From an uncultured virus (IMG/VR IMGVR_UViG_648861014_000005) (lineage: Duplodnaviria > Heunggongvirae > Uroviricota > Caudoviricetes): a stretch of DNA of 64,000 nt. Each line of letters starts with the position of its first letter. The stretch's first letter is position 1. This document shows, piece by piece, positions 48,169-59,502 of this stretch. The notes under the pieces were generated by a model. It saw only the letters and a list, made by a program, of their open reading frames with translations, did no database searches and was not told the DNA's origin. The stretch lies in IMG/VR virus record IMGVR_UViG_648861014_000005; one strand, written 5' to 3'. A program made the translations under genes and the position numbers.

Positions 48169-48336
48169 ATGAATACAGCCGCAACATTCAAGCAGACTGA
48201 TGTGAAGCGCGCCGTAAAGGCCGTTACAGATGCTGGCCTGCGCATTGGCAGCGTCGAAATTACTCGCGAAGGAACGATCCGCGTGATCACAAATACGCAG
48301 TCCCAACTTGCAAGTCGCCCGGAACCAGAGCTTTAA
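48169..48336 (+). CDS. Putative excisionase
   Basis: ATFKQTDVKRAVKA...AGL...VEI..EG.I; directly upstream of the integrase. Confidence 0.55.
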   Translation: MNTAATFKQTDVKRAVKAVTDAGLRIGSVEITREGTIRVITNTQSQLASRPEPEL

Positions 48337-48342
48337 TGCGCT

Positions 48343-49413
48343 ATGCCCAAAAGCCGCCTGCCCCATGTTGTCGTCGAAAAGTCACGCCATGGCCGCGTGA
48401 AATATTTTTTCCGGATTGGTCACGGACCACGCATTCGGCTGCCTGACGACTACAGCACTGCCCAAGCCTCAGATTTCATGCAGGCCTACCGATCCGCCTT
48501 GGCAGGCACACCGCCACCCTTGCCAAAAGCAAGATCGCGGCACGCCCAAAACACACTCGGCTGGCTTTTTGATCAATATCAGCAAAGTGCAAAATTCAAG
48601 AGCCTTTCTGAAGGCACCCAACGAGCGCGAGCAAACTTGATCAAGGGCATCGTGTCCAAGTCAGGCAAAGCCCAATTGCGAGACATTACCGAACGCGCAG
48701 TCCGACAAGGCCGCGAGCGACGGTCAGCAACGCCGGAAGCAGCAAACAATTTCTTGAAAACGATGAAATCCGCATTCGCGTGGGGGATCGACTCTGGCCT
48801 TCTTGATGGGATAATTGAGACTGACCCCACCGCCAATGTCAAAAAGATTACCACCAAGACTGAGGGCTTTCACACTTGGACGGTGGACGAGATTGAAGCG
48901 TACGAATCGACACACGACATCGGCACGACTGCCCGCCTCGCACTGGACTTGCTCATTTATACAGGCCTGCGCAGAGGGGATGTTGTGAAGGTAGGCCGAC
49001 AACACGTCAAAGACGGCGTACTTAACTACAAAACAGGAAAAAATGGCGAATGGGTCCACCTGCCCATTCTTCCAGCGCTGCAAAATTCGATCGATGCCAG
49101 CCCGACAAACGACCTGACATTTCTACAAACCGAGAAGGGCAAACCATTCTCCAGCGCGGCAAGCTTTGGAAATTGGTTTGCAAAAAGGTGTTTGGAAGCC
49201 GGTGTGGAAAAAGGCCGCGCGCACGGTTTAAGAAAAGCCGGAGCCGTACTGGCGGCAGAGCGCGGAGCGACCACAAGCCAGCTTATGGCGCTCTTCGGCT
49301 GGACCACGGAAGACATGGCAACGCTCTACACAAAGCGCGCCAGCCGCTCCAAATTGAGCGCCACAGCCATCGACCTTTTGGACCGTTCCGAGAACAAAAA
49401 ATCCCGCACCTAA
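48343..49413 (+). CDS. int: Tyrosine integrase
   Basis: YTGLRRGD (R), HGLRK (HxxR), FGW, TLYT (Y). Confidence 0.95.
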   Translation: MPKSRLPHVVVEKSRHGRVKYFFRIGHGPRIRLPDDYSTAQASDFMQAYRSALAGTPPPLPKARSRHAQNTLGWLFDQYQQSAKFKSLSEGTQRARANLIKGIVSKSGKAQLRDITERAVRQGRERRSATPEAANNFLKTMKSAFAWGIDSGLLDGIIETDPTANVKKITTKTEGFHTWTVDEIEAYESTHDIGTTARLALDLLIYTGLRRGDVVKVGRQHVKDGVLNYKTGKNGEWVHLPILPALQNSIDASPTNDLTFLQTEKGKPFSSAASFGNWFAKRCLEAGVEKGRAHGLRKAGAVLAAERGATTSQLMALFGWTTEDMATLYTKRASRSKLSATAIDLLDRSENKKSRT

Positions 49414-49430
49414 CGTCAAGGTGCGGGATT
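49400..49430. terminator. 12-bp inverted repeat between int and tRNA (probable bidirectional terminator)
   Basis: AATCCCGCACCT-N7-AGGTGCGGGATT flanked by A- and T-rich runs. Confidence 0.6.
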
Positions 49431-49472
49431 ATTTCGTATTTACCAAGCAATTACAATTATTTAGCAAAATGA

Positions 49473-49549
49473 TGGCGACCCCGGCAGGATTCGAACCTGC
49501 GACCATTCGCTTAGAAGGCGAGTGCTCTATCCAGCTGAGCTACGGGGCC
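49473..49549 (-). tRNA. tRNA-Arg (anticodon TCT)
   Basis: GGCCCCGTAGCTCAGCTGGATAGAGC...CTTCTAA...GGTTCGAATCC...GGGGTCGCCA; 77 nt with CCA. Confidence 0.97.
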
Positions 49550-49666
49550 AGTGTTGGTCAAGTCTATACACAACGCTGCTGAATCGGTGTCAGCAGTTTG
49601 CTCGTTTTCATCGTCGGAGAGTGCTGTGTCAACTCCCCGCGACCGTTATTCAAAGTTCAATTGAAA

Positions 49667-49972
49667 CTAGTGTGTCCAAGGTGCCCGACGGCTAAACTTG
49701 AAATTATCCGCATAAGTTGCAGTTCGCACTGTGCGCTCCTTGGCCTCTTCGACGCGGTGCGCGATCCCATACCGGCGTGCATAGGCGACAGCATCTTCCT
49801 TGCTGTCAAAATACAGGCGGATCTGCTGCTTCATGTCGGACGATGACGTATAGCCCATAAGCGGTTCGACGCTGCGAGCTGCTTCTGGTTCGTAATCTAG
49901 AATCCATCGCTGTGTTTTTGCTTTACCTGACTGTGTGGCCGTTTTGGCCGGACGGTAAATGCGCGCAACCAT
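49667..49972 (-). CDS. ETC complex I subunit (NDUFS4-like)
   Basis: ARIYRPAKTATQSG...EPLMGYTSS.DM..Q..L.F...YADNF. Confidence 0.92.
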   Translation of the reverse strand: MVARIYRPAKTATQSGKAKTQRWILDYEPEAARSVEPLMGYTSSSDMKQQIRLYFDSKEDAVAYARRYGIAHRVEEAKERTVRTATYADNFKFSRRAPWTH

Positions 49973-51161
49973 GTTGTACGTCCCTCGATACCATTCCATG
50001 GTGCTTCCCGAAACACCAACCCGTTGATTGCTTTTTCCGGACCTTTCAAGCGCTTGTCAACACTGAGAGAATATCCACTCAAGCTTGAATCAGTCAAATG
50101 GAGCAGTTTTTCTAACCAGCAAGACGAAGACCTCAGATTATAATCCTGGAATAATTCGAAGATTTCGGGCCGGTGGCCTGAAAATGACGCCCACACTTAA
50201 TAGCGCCGGCAGTCTTCCAGATTGAAACTTTTCGAACTTCGTGTTGTTCGCCCTGGCTGTGTTCCGACGGCTCAAAGTTAGCTGGATAGGTCCTAACCCT
50301 AGGCTGTGTGTAGGAAATACGTCTCCAATTGGTCCACACATCTTAGAACACGTTCAAATACTACTTGCTCGCCTTACAGCCCCTCACTCAATAGTAATTA
50401 TTGCACACATTGTTGTTATTGACATGTATTCCTTCAGTAAATTTTCGTTTTCTCGAATTATTCACTTTAATCATAAACTTACGTTACGGAAATTTGTTTG
50501 ATTTCCATTTGATATTCACCCCTAATTTTTGGGGGTAGCACTTCTCCGCCAACATTTTTGCACGGAGACAGCCATGCCTACTGTATTTCATCCAGTAGCC
50601 GCGAGTACCCCAGTTTATCCGGCTCTTTATCCTTCCCCTACCATGTCCCTGTCAGCTGAAGATCAGAAACGTTTTTATGCGTTTGGTTGGGGCCCCACGG
50701 TTCAACCACGATACAAAACCATTTCAGCAGCTATTGAATATTGGATGACAGCGTCTCGTGAAGATGTTGCCGTCGAACAAGGTCAGAGTTCCCTTACATA
50801 TGGAGTTCTCAACAAGCGCTCGGCCGAACTGGCGAACTTTCTGAGGCAACACGGCGTAAAACGTGGGGACAAGTTCTGCATATATCTCGAGCGGTCCATC
50901 GAGATGGTGATCGGGATTGTAGCCTGCTTGCGCCTTGGAGCTGCTTATGTACCTCAACATGTGGGGGTCGCTCCAGAACGCACGCTCCGGCCCATTGCAG
51001 CAGTAACCGGAGCAAAGGTGATCCTCACACTTTCTCGCCTCAAGGATAATGTGCCCGTATCAGACAATCAGGTTCTGCTTTCCATCGATGAACCTTTTGA
51101 AAGCTGCACTGCAAAGTGACCGTCCGGCGAAGGCGCTCTGGCGCGACACCGATGCGGCCTG

Positions 51162-52688
51162 TTACGCTGCCTGAGCAGCGTAACGCCAGGGCAGAAGTTC
51201 GTCGAGGCGTGTGATTTTGTGGTCGGCGACTTGACCGAGGACCCAGGTCAGCCAGGCCTGAGGGTCAACACCGTTGAGCTTGGCCGTTTCGATCAGGGTA
51301 TAAGCGATAGCCATGGCTTTGCCGCCGCCTTGGGAGCCTGAGAACATCCAATTTTTGCGTCCGATGGCGACGGGTTTAACGGCGCGCTCGGCGGTGTTGT
51401 TATCCAATTCCAGATGGCCGAGCTCAAGGTATGGGCGTGCTTTCGGCATTCGGCCCAAGGCATAGCGGATGGCCTGCGCGAGTGGTGACTTTCCCGAGAT
51501 TTTGGGCAATTGCGTCTGCAACCATTCTTCCAAGGCGTCAAAGATCGGTTTTGCCCTAGCCTGCCGGATGGTAGCGCGGTCTTCGGGGGGCATGCCCCTG
51601 ATCTCTTTCTCGATAGCGTAAAGCTCAGCAATCCGGCGGATGACTTCTTCGGCAATGGCGCTGCCCTGCGAGGAGAAGACATCCACGAACTTGCGTCGTA
51701 CATGCGCCATGCAGGCCATCTCATCGGCTTTGTCGTCACCGAACACACCGTTGAACCCGGAATATCCATCCGCATGGACCCAGCCCTTGTATCCCGACAA
51801 ATGAGCAACGGGATGCTCTCCTTTGCGATCCACCGTGAACTGATACCATGCACAGGGTGGCGATTGGCCAGACCAGGCACGCTCATCCCGCACATAGGTC
51901 CAGACCCGCGCCGTTTTGGTCTTCTTGTTGCCGGGGGCCAGCATTTTGATGGGCGTATCGTCGGCAAAAAGCGCAGGTCCTTGCCGCACCATCCGTCCGA
52001 TGGCATCGGCAAGAGGTTCCAGCAGGGCCGTCGAGCGACCAACCCAGTCGGCCATGGTCGAGCGGTCCAGATCGACGCCTTCACGGGCAAAGATCTGGCT
52101 CAGGCGATAGAGGGGTAAATGATCGGCATATTTGCTTACCAGAACATGGGCCAACAATCCCGGTCCGGGCCGCCCACGCTCAATGGGGCGCGATGGCAGC
52201 GGCGCTTGCACAATCGCCTCGCACCATGAACAGGCTTTGCGGGGCCGGATGATCCGCTTCACCTTGAAGCGTCCCGGCACGTATTCCAACTCTTCGGTGA
52301 CATCCTCACCCAGGGTGCGCAAGTTGCCACCACAACGACCGCATTCATCACCGGGAGAGAGCTCCTCGTCTTCCCGATCCAGATGATCCGGCAAGGGCTT
52401 GCGGCTGTGTTTGCGCTTCGGCTTTGGATCAACTCCCTCCTGCGACGGGGCGGGCTGTTTTGCCTGGTCTTCAGCGGCCTCAACAATCTCGGCGTCCTCG
52501 AGCAGATCGAGATTGAGCTGATCCAGACCCTCAGACTTGGAGCCGAACCGATGCCGATTGGCCCCGTGCAACTGGTGTTGAAGCTGCTCGACCTTGAGGC
52601 TCAGAGCCTTGACCTCGTCGGCCAGAAGGCGGTTCACCGCCCTCAATTCGGCGGGGTCCTCCGGGGTGATATCAAGGTCCTTCAGCAT
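51162..52688 (-). CDS. tnpC: IS66 transposase TnpC
   Basis: Leucine zipper, Zn finger, [38 protein letters not shown]. Confidence 0.95.
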   Translation of the reverse strand: MLKDLDITPEDPAELRAVNRLLADEVKALSLKVEQLQHQLHGANRHRFGSKSEGLDQLNLDLLEDAEIVEAAEDQAKQPAPSQEGVDPKPKRKHSRKPLPDHLDREDEELSPGDECGRCGGNLRTLGEDVTEELEYVPGRFKVKRIIRPRKACSWCEAIVQAPLPSRPIERGRPGPGLLAHVLVSKYADHLPLYRLSQIFAREGVDLDRSTMADWVGRSTALLEPLADAIGRMVRQGPALFADDTPIKMLAPGNKKTKTARVWTYVRDERAWSGQSPPCAWYQFTVDRKGEHPVAHLSGYKGWVHADGYSGFNGVFGDDKADEMACMAHVRRKFVDVFSSQGSAIAEEVIRRIAELYAIEKEIRGMPPEDRATIRQARAKPIFDALEEWLQTQLPKISGKSPLAQAIRYALGRMPKARPYLELGHLELDNNTAERAVKPVAIGRKNWMFSGSQGGGKAMAIAYTLIETAKLNGVDPQAWLTWVLGQVADHKITRLDELLPWRYAAQAA

Positions 52689-52757
52689 CTTCGATCTTAT
52701 ATCAGATCAAGGGCGTAAGTTGAATCCCGAGAGGCGCGCAAACGCCAATATATTGGC

Positions 52758-53105
52758 CTATCCGACGCTCAGGGGCCGCCATGTTTTTTGCGGCATCCGC
52801 CAGTCTATGCCTTCAAGCAACATCGACAATTGCGCGGGCGTCACGCTGACCTTACCGTCCTTCGCAGCAGGCCAAACAAACCGGCCCTTCTCAAGGCGCT
52901 TGCTGAACAGGCATGCGCCCTGTCGATCCCACCAGATGATCTTCAGCAGATCACCGCGCCGTCCCCGGAACACAAACAGATGTCCAGAATAGGGTTCAAG
53001 CTCCAGAACCTTCTCCGCCTGAGCCGCCAAAGTGTTGAACCCGCGCCGCATGTCCGTCACCCCGGCAGCCAGCCAAACCCGCGCGTTGGACGGCACGGGG
53101 ATCAC
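52758..53105 (-). CDS. tnpB: IS66 accessory protein TnpB
   Basis: TDMRRGF...[18 protein letters not shown]...[11 protein letters not shown]. Confidence 0.95.
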   Translation of the reverse strand: MIPVPSNARVWLAAGVTDMRRGFNTLAAQAEKVLELEPYSGHLFVFRGRRGDLLKIIWWDRQGACLFSKRLEKGRFVWPAAKDGKVSVTPAQLSMLLEGIDWRMPQKTWRPLSVG

Positions 53106-53509
53106 GGCATTAGACCTTCAACCAAAGCCAGCACCGTCGGCAGCGCCGTCGTCCCTTCCACCAATACCCGCCGCCCGTCCGACAGCGTGATATCAACCCG
53201 CTGAGCCGACAACGGCATATCCGAGGCAAGCGCCGCGATCTGGTGGCCTGGTGCGGCCTGCGGGCCCTCTATCTCCACTGGTAGAAACGCCGCTCCATCA
53301 AGGACGCAATCGCTGTCTTCTGGCGCAAACCGCTCATCACGCAGCCAGTTGTGGATCAGGTTCGCATTCATCGCAGAGCGGCGCGCAACCTGCGCAACCG
53401 AAACCCCCGGCACTCTGGCCTGCAAACAGATCGACCGCTTCTCGTCATCCGACCAAAACCGCTTCTTGCTGCCCTTCTTCGTACCCAAAATGTGCCTCAC
53501 AATGTCCAT
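53102..53509 (-). CDS. tnpA: IS66 accessory protein TnpA (HTH)
   Basis: WSDDEKR...[11 protein letters not shown]...N.IHNW. Confidence 0.88.
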   Translation of the reverse strand: MDIVRHILGTKKGSKKRFWSDDEKRSICLQARVPGVSVAQVARRSAMNANLIHNWLRDERFAPEDSDCVLDGAAFLPVEIEGPQAAPGHQIAALASDMPLSAQRVDITLSDGRRVLVEGTTALPTVLALVEGLMP

Positions 53510-54649
53510 TAACGAAAATGGACATTATCACCCCACTGCGCTCCCCGTCAGAGCGGGAATACCGAACGCTCACACTGCAAATACGACGCCCACTTTCTTG
53601 AAAAATGAGCGCATTGAGCCCGATGACATTGCCATGGTGCTCTTCACATCTGGGACGACCGGCGTCCCCAATGGTGTTCAGGTCACGCACAAAAATCTGG
53701 CCAACATTCTTCAAACCGCTCCTGGCGATCTTTCCATGCGACCGGGACTGCGAGTTGGGCAGATTCTATCCATTGCCTTTGACATGGCGGCTTGGGAGAT
53801 ACTCGGCGCGCTTTCCAATGGAGCAACACTGGTCATTCGTGGAAAGTCTATTCAGGAAACCGCCGAGAAGGTGGATGTCCTCATTTCCACACCATCTATT
53901 TTGGCTTCGCTGGACCACACCCGCTACCGCCAAGTGAAAGTAGCTGCTGTAGCAGGGGAACCCTGCCCCAGATCTCTAGCCGATACATGGGGTGCTTTTT
54001 GTTCATTTCATAATTCATGCGGCCCGACAGAAACTACGATTATCAACACAGCCGAGTAACATTTGCCGGACAAAGCGGTTCTGTCTATCGGGCACCCAAC
54101 TCCCAATAACACTGTCTACATTCTCGATGACGACCTTCAGCCACTGCCCATTGGCGCGAAAGGCGAAATGTGGGCAGGGGGTGACTGCGTAACTGCTGGA
54201 TACCTCTCTAATCCAGACTTGACCAACGAAGGCTACCGCCCGGACCCGTTCCGCCCCGGGCATGTGATGTTTCGTACCCGAGACCTTGGGCGCTGGACCC
54301 CAGATGGAGAACTGGAGCACTTCGGACGGGTAGATGATCTGGTTAAAATTCGCGGGTTCCGTGTGGAATTGGATGGCATCTCAAACGCACTGGAAACATC
54401 GGACTGTTGTGTCAGGGCTGTCACTCTCAAATTCGATGATCGAAATCTGATCAGTTTCATCTCACCGGCAACGGCCTGCCCGGACAAAGCCCGAAAGCAA
54501 GTCGAGGATCGCCTTCCTTATTATTGCATGCCTGCATTGGTTCTGGCCTTACCTGAACTTCCACGGACATCGAGAGGAAAACTAGACAAGCGATCCCTTT
54601 TGGATCTCGCCAAAAATCATATTGAAACGACAGGGATGGAGCTCGGCTG

Positions 54650-55963
54650 ATGCTAACTACGACACAAGAGATAGCCGCACCGGCTTCCGGGTGGCGGCGG
54701 ATCACACGTCACCCTTCCCTGATGGAATATCGCCGTCTTCTGGCATTGGTTCTGATTACCAATGGACTGGCCCTTTATACCGGCATTGAGAATGGACGCT
54801 GGTTTGCGGACGGGCATTTTAATCTACACAGCCTTTCCACATTGGCTCTGGTGAACTTCACGCTGAGCATCCTGATCCGTCAGCAACGTGTCATCAATGC
54901 ATTGTTCTGGCTAGCCACCCGGATACAGACGTCCTGGCCTCTTTGGATACGCTGGGGAGCGGGTAAGGTATTTCATTTTGGCGGGCTTCACTATGGCGGG
55001 GCCTATGCAGGCACTCTCTGGTTTGCAGCATTTTTTGGAGGGATGTTCTACAACCAATTCAAAGGGACAGAAACGCTTTCCACGTCAACGCTGGCAAGCT
55101 CTGCAGCAATACTGATGCTTCTCGCGCTGATCATCGCAACGGCCATAAGGCCAATGCGGACCCGGTATCACAACATGTTCGAAAAGGTCCATCGGTTTGC
55201 CGGATGGTCTGTTTTAGCGCTTTTCTGGCTGCAAAGTGCTTCAATTTCCCAAGATTTTGGCATTCCGTTTTTAGGCAGCTTTGCGTTTTGGGCACTTTGC
55301 CTGATTACACTCTCTGTTGCTTCCCCCTGGCTCACTCTGAAGCGTGTTGATGTCCAAATTAGCAAACCATCGAACCATGTAGCTCTTGTTCGTTTCGACT
55401 ATGGCGACACACCGTTTGCTGGTAGCTCCAATGCCATCAGCCACACACCTTTTGGCGAGTATCACGCATTTGCCAACATTCCGGCCCCTAATGAAACTGG
55501 TTATCGACTAGCAATCTCAAGAGCTGGGGACTGGACCGGCGAGTTCATCGACAACCCGCCAAAGAAGGTCTGGGTCAAAGGCATCACGACAAGCGGCGTT
55601 GCTCGGATCGAGGATCTGTTCACAAAGGTTGTCTATGTCGGCACCGGCTCCGGAATTGGTCCGATCCTGCCGCATCTATTGAAGCGCAAGGTTCCAAACC
55701 GCCTGATCTGGTCAACCCGATCCCCGCACAAAACCTATGGCGAAGCGTTGGTTGACGAAATCATTTCCCATACCGAAAAGCCCGTTATCTGGGACACGGA
55801 CACGCATGGAAAACCTGATCTGTCTGCCCTTGCCCTTCAAGCTGTGCGTGAAAGCGGTGCAGAAGCAGTCATCGTAATCTCCAACCAAAAGCTGACCCGC
55901 AAGGTTGTTCACGACATGGAAAGCATGGGCATTCCGGCTTATGGCGCAATTTGGGACAGTTAA
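54650..55963 (+). CDS. Ferric-reductase-like membrane protein with FNR-like C-terminal domain
   Basis: Multiple TM helices; HFGGLH and HNMFEKVHRFAGW His motifs; EYHAFA, AGDWT, VGTGSGIGP. Confidence 0.75.
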   Translation: MLTTTQEIAAPASGWRRITRHPSLMEYRRLLALVLITNGLALYTGIENGRWFADGHFNLHSLSTLALVNFTLSILIRQQRVINALFWLATRIQTSWPLWIRWGAGKVFHFGGLHYGGAYAGTLWFAAFFGGMFYNQFKGTETLSTSTLASSAAILMLLALIIATAIRPMRTRYHNMFEKVHRFAGWSVLALFWLQSASISQDFGIPFLGSFAFWALCLITLSVASPWLTLKRVDVQISKPSNHVALVRFDYGDTPFAGSSNAISHTPFGEYHAFANIPAPNETGYRLAISRAGDWTGEFIDNPPKKVWVKGITTSGVARIEDLFTKVVYVGTGSGIGPILPHLLKRKVPNRLIWSTRSPHKTYGEALVDEIISHTEKPVIWDTDTHGKPDLSALALQAVRESGAEAVIVISNQKLTRKVVHDMESMGIPAYGAIWDS

Positions 55964-56740
55964 ATGTTTGAGACAATCGAAACACAGGTCAATGGTCGGA
56001 TTGCGTCGATCCGTATCACCAGAGCCAAACAGCTCAACGCCCTCAATACGCAGGTAATGGAGGAAGTCTTAGAAGCTGCGACACAGTTTGCTGCCTCTCC
56101 GGACGTTGGTTGCCTCGTTTTGAAAAGTGGTGAACGTGCCTTCGCTGCAGGTGCTGATATCAAAGAACTCGCGTCGCAAACCCATTCCAGCATGCAAGCC
56201 AGTAACTTCTTTGCAGGATGGGACACATTCGCTGCCTTGCGCATTCCAAAAGTCGCTGCTGTTCATGGTTATGCGTTGGGCGGCGGCTGCGAACTCGCGA
56301 TGATGTGTGATGTCATTATCGCCTCAGATACAGCAAAGTTTGGACAGCCCGAGCTCAAGATCGGCTGCATTCCCGGCATCGGAGGAACTCAGCGCTTGAC
56401 GCGTTTGGTTGGCCGAGCCTGTGCGATGGACATGATCCTGACCGGGCGCATGGTCGAGGCCGATGAAGCGCTACGAATAGGGTTAGTCAGCCGCGTTGTT
56501 GCTGAAGATGATCTGGAAGTGGCCGCTAATAGCATCGCTGAAACCATTGCAAGTTATCCAAGCGACATCGTGCAAATGGCCCGCGACTGCGTAAATATGG
56601 CGGAAAATTCAACACTTGAAAGTGGCATGCGCCATGAGCGGCAAACCTACCATGCGCTTTACGGGCTGCCAGCTCAAAGTGAAGGCATGGCCGCATTCTT
56701 GGAAAAACGCCAACCTAATTTCCAAGTAGATACTGGTTAA
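55964..56740 (+). CDS. Enoyl-CoA hydratase/isomerase
   Basis: AFAAGADIKE, GYALGGGCELAMMCD, FGQPE, GGTQRL. Confidence 0.95.
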   Translation: MFETIETQVNGRIASIRITRAKQLNALNTQVMEEVLEAATQFAASPDVGCLVLKSGERAFAAGADIKELASQTHSSMQASNFFAGWDTFAALRIPKVAAVHGYALGGGCELAMMCDVIIASDTAKFGQPELKIGCIPGIGGTQRLTRLVGRACAMDMILTGRMVEADEALRIGLVSRVVAEDDLEVAANSIAETIASYPSDIVQMARDCVNMAENSTLESGMRHERQTYHALYGLPAQSEGMAAFLEKRQPNFQVDTG

Positions 56741-56826
56741 GGGGGAATAAAAAGAAGGGGTTGCGCCCAAACGGCGCCCGCAGATTTATTTTTTTATGAA
56801 GAAGCACTGCCTGTTAGGTGCTTGAA

Positions 56827-56877
56827 AAGTGGTCGGGGCAGCAAGATTCGAACTTGCGACCCTCTGGTCCCAAACCA
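56827..56877 (-). repeat. att core: 3' half of tRNA-Pro(TGG), copy 1
   Basis: TGGTTTGGGACCAGAGGGTCGCAAGTTCGAATCTTGCTGCCCCGACCA without D-arm or 5' strand; identical to 62513-62563. Confidence 0.9.
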
Positions 56878-57027
56878 CGATAGACCCTTCTGACTTTCAA
56901 TAAATTGGCGGAAACTTGCGAAAACTAGGTGGTTCTCATTAGGAGAACTTATCGTGAATATCGCATCTTTACAGCCACGCTGCTGCCACATGGCGGCATT
57001 CGGCTGCAAATTGTGGGGTGGTTTGTC

Positions 57028-57615
57028 ATGGCCGCCCCACCAACCGCATTCCCGTTGTCATGGCCCGAAACTCTCCCACGCACGGCCAAGCCCACAGCCT
57101 CTCGGTTCAATACGAATCTGAATAAGGCAATGAGCAACGTGAAGAATGCCCTCAGACTGTTCAGTGAGGACAGCTCGAAGGGCGTGGCAAATGTTGTGAT
57201 TTGCTCAAATGTCACACTCGGCGCCAACAACCCTGCCGATCCGGGTGTAGCGATTTGGTTTCAGTGGGATGGCTTGTCTGTCTGCATCGCTGTCGATCGG
57301 TACAGCAAGGTCCAAGACAACGTTCAGGCGGTCTATCACATCCTCGAAGCCCGTCGCACTGAACTACGCCACGGCGGCCTGAATATCGTCCGTGCACCCT
57401 TCGCCGGCTTCAGGGCCCTTCCCTCCAGCGGTACAGAAGTACACTGGCTTATGGCGCTGAACATCGGCCCAGGAACCACCCCCGACAAGTCGATCATTGA
57501 AGAAGCATATCGACAGCTCGCCAAGAAACATCATCCAGATGCCGGCGGTTCCGATGAGCGTATGGCCGAATTGAACCGGGCCCGTACCGAAGCATTGGAG
57601 GCGGTCAATGGCTGA
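57028..57615 (+). CDS. Phage J-domain (DnaJ-like) protein, copy 1
   Basis: FPLSWP N-terminus; AYRQLAKKHHPDAGG...MAELN (HPD motif). Confidence 0.88.
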   Translation: MAAPPTAFPLSWPETLPRTAKPTASRFNTNLNKAMSNVKNALRLFSEDSSKGVANVVICSNVTLGANNPADPGVAIWFQWDGLSVCIAVDRYSKVQDNVQAVYHILEARRTELRHGGLNIVRAPFAGFRALPSSGTEVHWLMALNIGPGTTPDKSIIEEAYRQLAKKHHPDAGGSDERMAELNRARTEALEAVNG

Positions 57616-58366
57616 GAACAGCAACATCGAATGGTGCCACCACACTTATAATCCATGGATTGGTTGTTCCAAGGTCAGTCCCGCCTGTGACCACTGCTAT
57701 GCGGAGACCCAGAACAACCACCGAAAATGGGCGGAAGGCTGGGGACCGCATGCCGCGCGGAAGCGGACGAAGACCCGATCCAACCTGCAGAAATGGGACA
57801 AGAAGGCGAATGAACTTGGTGTTCGGTACCGGGTCTTCTGTGCCAGCCTTGCGGACATTGGTGACAACCACAGATCAATTGATCCGATTTGGCGCCGTCA
57901 ACTGGTTGGGGATATTCGACAGTACACCAATCTGGATATCCTGCTGCTAACCAAGCGCCCTCAGAACATCCCGACCCTGTACCCGGACCTTATGGAGGAT
58001 TGGCCTTCGAATGCTTGGATCGGGACAACGGTTGAGAACCAGGTGGAAGCGGATCGGCGGATACCTCGTTTGTTGAAGCTTCCAGCACCCGTGCGTTTTG
58101 CGTCGGTTGAGCCCCTGCTTGGCCCTGTAGATTTAACTTCGCTTCCCTATGGGATGCCGATTGGCAATGCGCCAAGCTATCAGGACGCTTTGCGCGGCAA
58201 GATCTGGATGCAAGAGGGTTCTGTGACCTAGCCGACAGACAGCCGCGCTACGGTGAATGGCCGTACCTATGTCGACTTATGCGGCTATCTCTCATGGGTC
58301 ATAGTCGGCGGTGAAACCGGCAAAGGTGGCAGACCGATGCACCCTGACTGGGTCCGGTCAATCCGG
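57608..58366 (+). pseudogene. DUF5131 gene with in-frame TAG at 58229-58231, runs into a gap
   Basis: IEWCHHTYNPWIGC...CDHCYA; same frame continues ...[15 protein letters not shown] after the stop. Confidence 0.85.
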
Positions 58367-58481
58367 NNNNNNNNNNNNNNNNNNNNNNNNNNNNNNNNNN
58401 NNNNNNNNNNNNNNNNNNNNNNNNNNNNNNNNNNNNNNNNNNNNNNNNNNNNNNNNNNNNNNNNNNNNNNNNNNNNNNNNN

Positions 58482-58852
58482 GCATAACGAGTACCCGACA
58501 ACAGGAGATATACGATGACCAAGCAACCCAAATGACGCAGGGCTTGGGTCTATCGGGAGATCCCTTTCAACAAAGATGGTTTGACAGGTTCACCGTCAAT
58601 ACGGAGATGCTGAGACTGAAATTTGTGAGATTCTCCAAAGCCCAACCCTGTCGCGTAAATATCGAGAATGCTCGACTAATAGCCGCAGCGCCGGAGCTGT
58701 TCGGCGCCGCGCAGCTGGCTCTTCAAATAGCTGAACACACAATCCGCAGCGAGTTTGAGGGCCCGTCAAATTCACCAACTTTCAATGCGATGATGGCCGA
58801 GCTCGATCCGGTTCGTTCCGTCCTTTCCAAAGCACGGGGAGAAACACAATGA
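58482..58852 (+). CDS. Phage hypothetical protein (5' end uncertain, follows a gap)
   Basis: ENARLIAAAPEL...VLSKARGE motif; ATGA overlap with the next gene. Confidence 0.55.
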
Positions 58853-59301
58853 GAGTTCGCGATACCCTTTTCACCGGCTCCATGGTTATCGGACTTCTGG
58901 AGGACAGAAAGACACAAACGCGAAAGGTGATGAACAAGCTCTTGCGGTTCGGCCCTATCACAGAGTTCGGCCCCTCGGACACGCGTGGTTATGACTGGCA
59001 TTTCCGCGACAGGGAAATGCGCTGGCATGATCTCCGACATGACGAGCTGCTCAAGGTGCTACCCTATCAGGTTGGCGACCTCCGCTACGTCCGAGAAGCT
59101 TGGAAGACCTTTGTCAGCCTAGACAAGGTGAAGCCAAGCGAACTGCTGAACGATAACCGTGGCGCGGGGATTCAGTGTCTCGCAGACAATGCAGAGCTTT
59201 CTCTCTCAGAGAACCACGAACGGCGAACGTCACGAAAGGCTGAAGCAGCACCCACAAGAAGGGGGCAGTTGCTGTACGCAACTAGAACTAAGCAAAATTA
59301 A
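58849..59301 (+). pseudogene. Truncated ASCH/PUA-like phage gene
   Basis: Closely similar to the N-terminal ~125 aa of 36417-37196, then similarity is lost. Confidence 0.8.
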
Positions 59302-59502
59302 CAGTAGCTCTCTGTTTGATTGGTTATATTTCCGTAAATAAATAATTAAATTAGTGTAAATTAAATAACGAAAAATTGTAATATATTCCAATTTTTTTAT
59401 TTTTATTCCAAGTTTTCACGACGTTTTCACACAACACATCTCGTGCGCACCGACCATCATTACTCGAGTAATTCGGACTGATGCGGCTTTATACAGTTTT
59501 AA

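Larger units (their letters stand above)
1..49472. mobile_element. Lambda-like (siphovirus) prophage integrated at tRNA-Arg; left boundary not in view
   Basis: Integrase next to tRNA 3' end; repressor/cro; gpA-type terminase, portal, S49 protease, gpD, gpE, tail and lysis genes in lambdoid order. Confidence 0.95.
51116..53573 (-). mobile_element. IS66-family element
   Basis: Imperfect 25-bp terminal IRs (GTGACCGTCCGG.../GTGAGCGTTCGG...); 8-bp TSD ACTGCAAA at 51108-51115 and 53574-53581. Confidence 0.95.
50574..54650 (+). pseudogene. Stand-alone NRPS-type adenylation domain gene, split by IS66 and by a TAA at 54057-54059
   Basis: LTY..LN, LGAAYVP, FTSGTTG, FD, NSCGPTE, GEMW, FRTRDLG, GRVDD.VKIRGFRVEL, RGKLDK; frame restored when the IS and one TSD are removed. 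Confidence 0.9.

Noticed and set aside
53349..53573. Apparent fusion ORF 53349-54059
   Set aside because: Its first part is IS66 end sequence read in frame into the interrupted A-domain gene
56827..56877. Functional tRNA-Pro genes here and at 62513-62563
   Set aside because: Only the anticodon arm to CCA is present; D-arm and 5' acceptor strand are missing, so these are att cores
58229..58231. Programmed amber recoding in DUF5131
   Set aside because: No suppressor tRNA or pyl genes seen; the position is Trp in the paralogue, consistent with a simple TGG-to-TAG mutation
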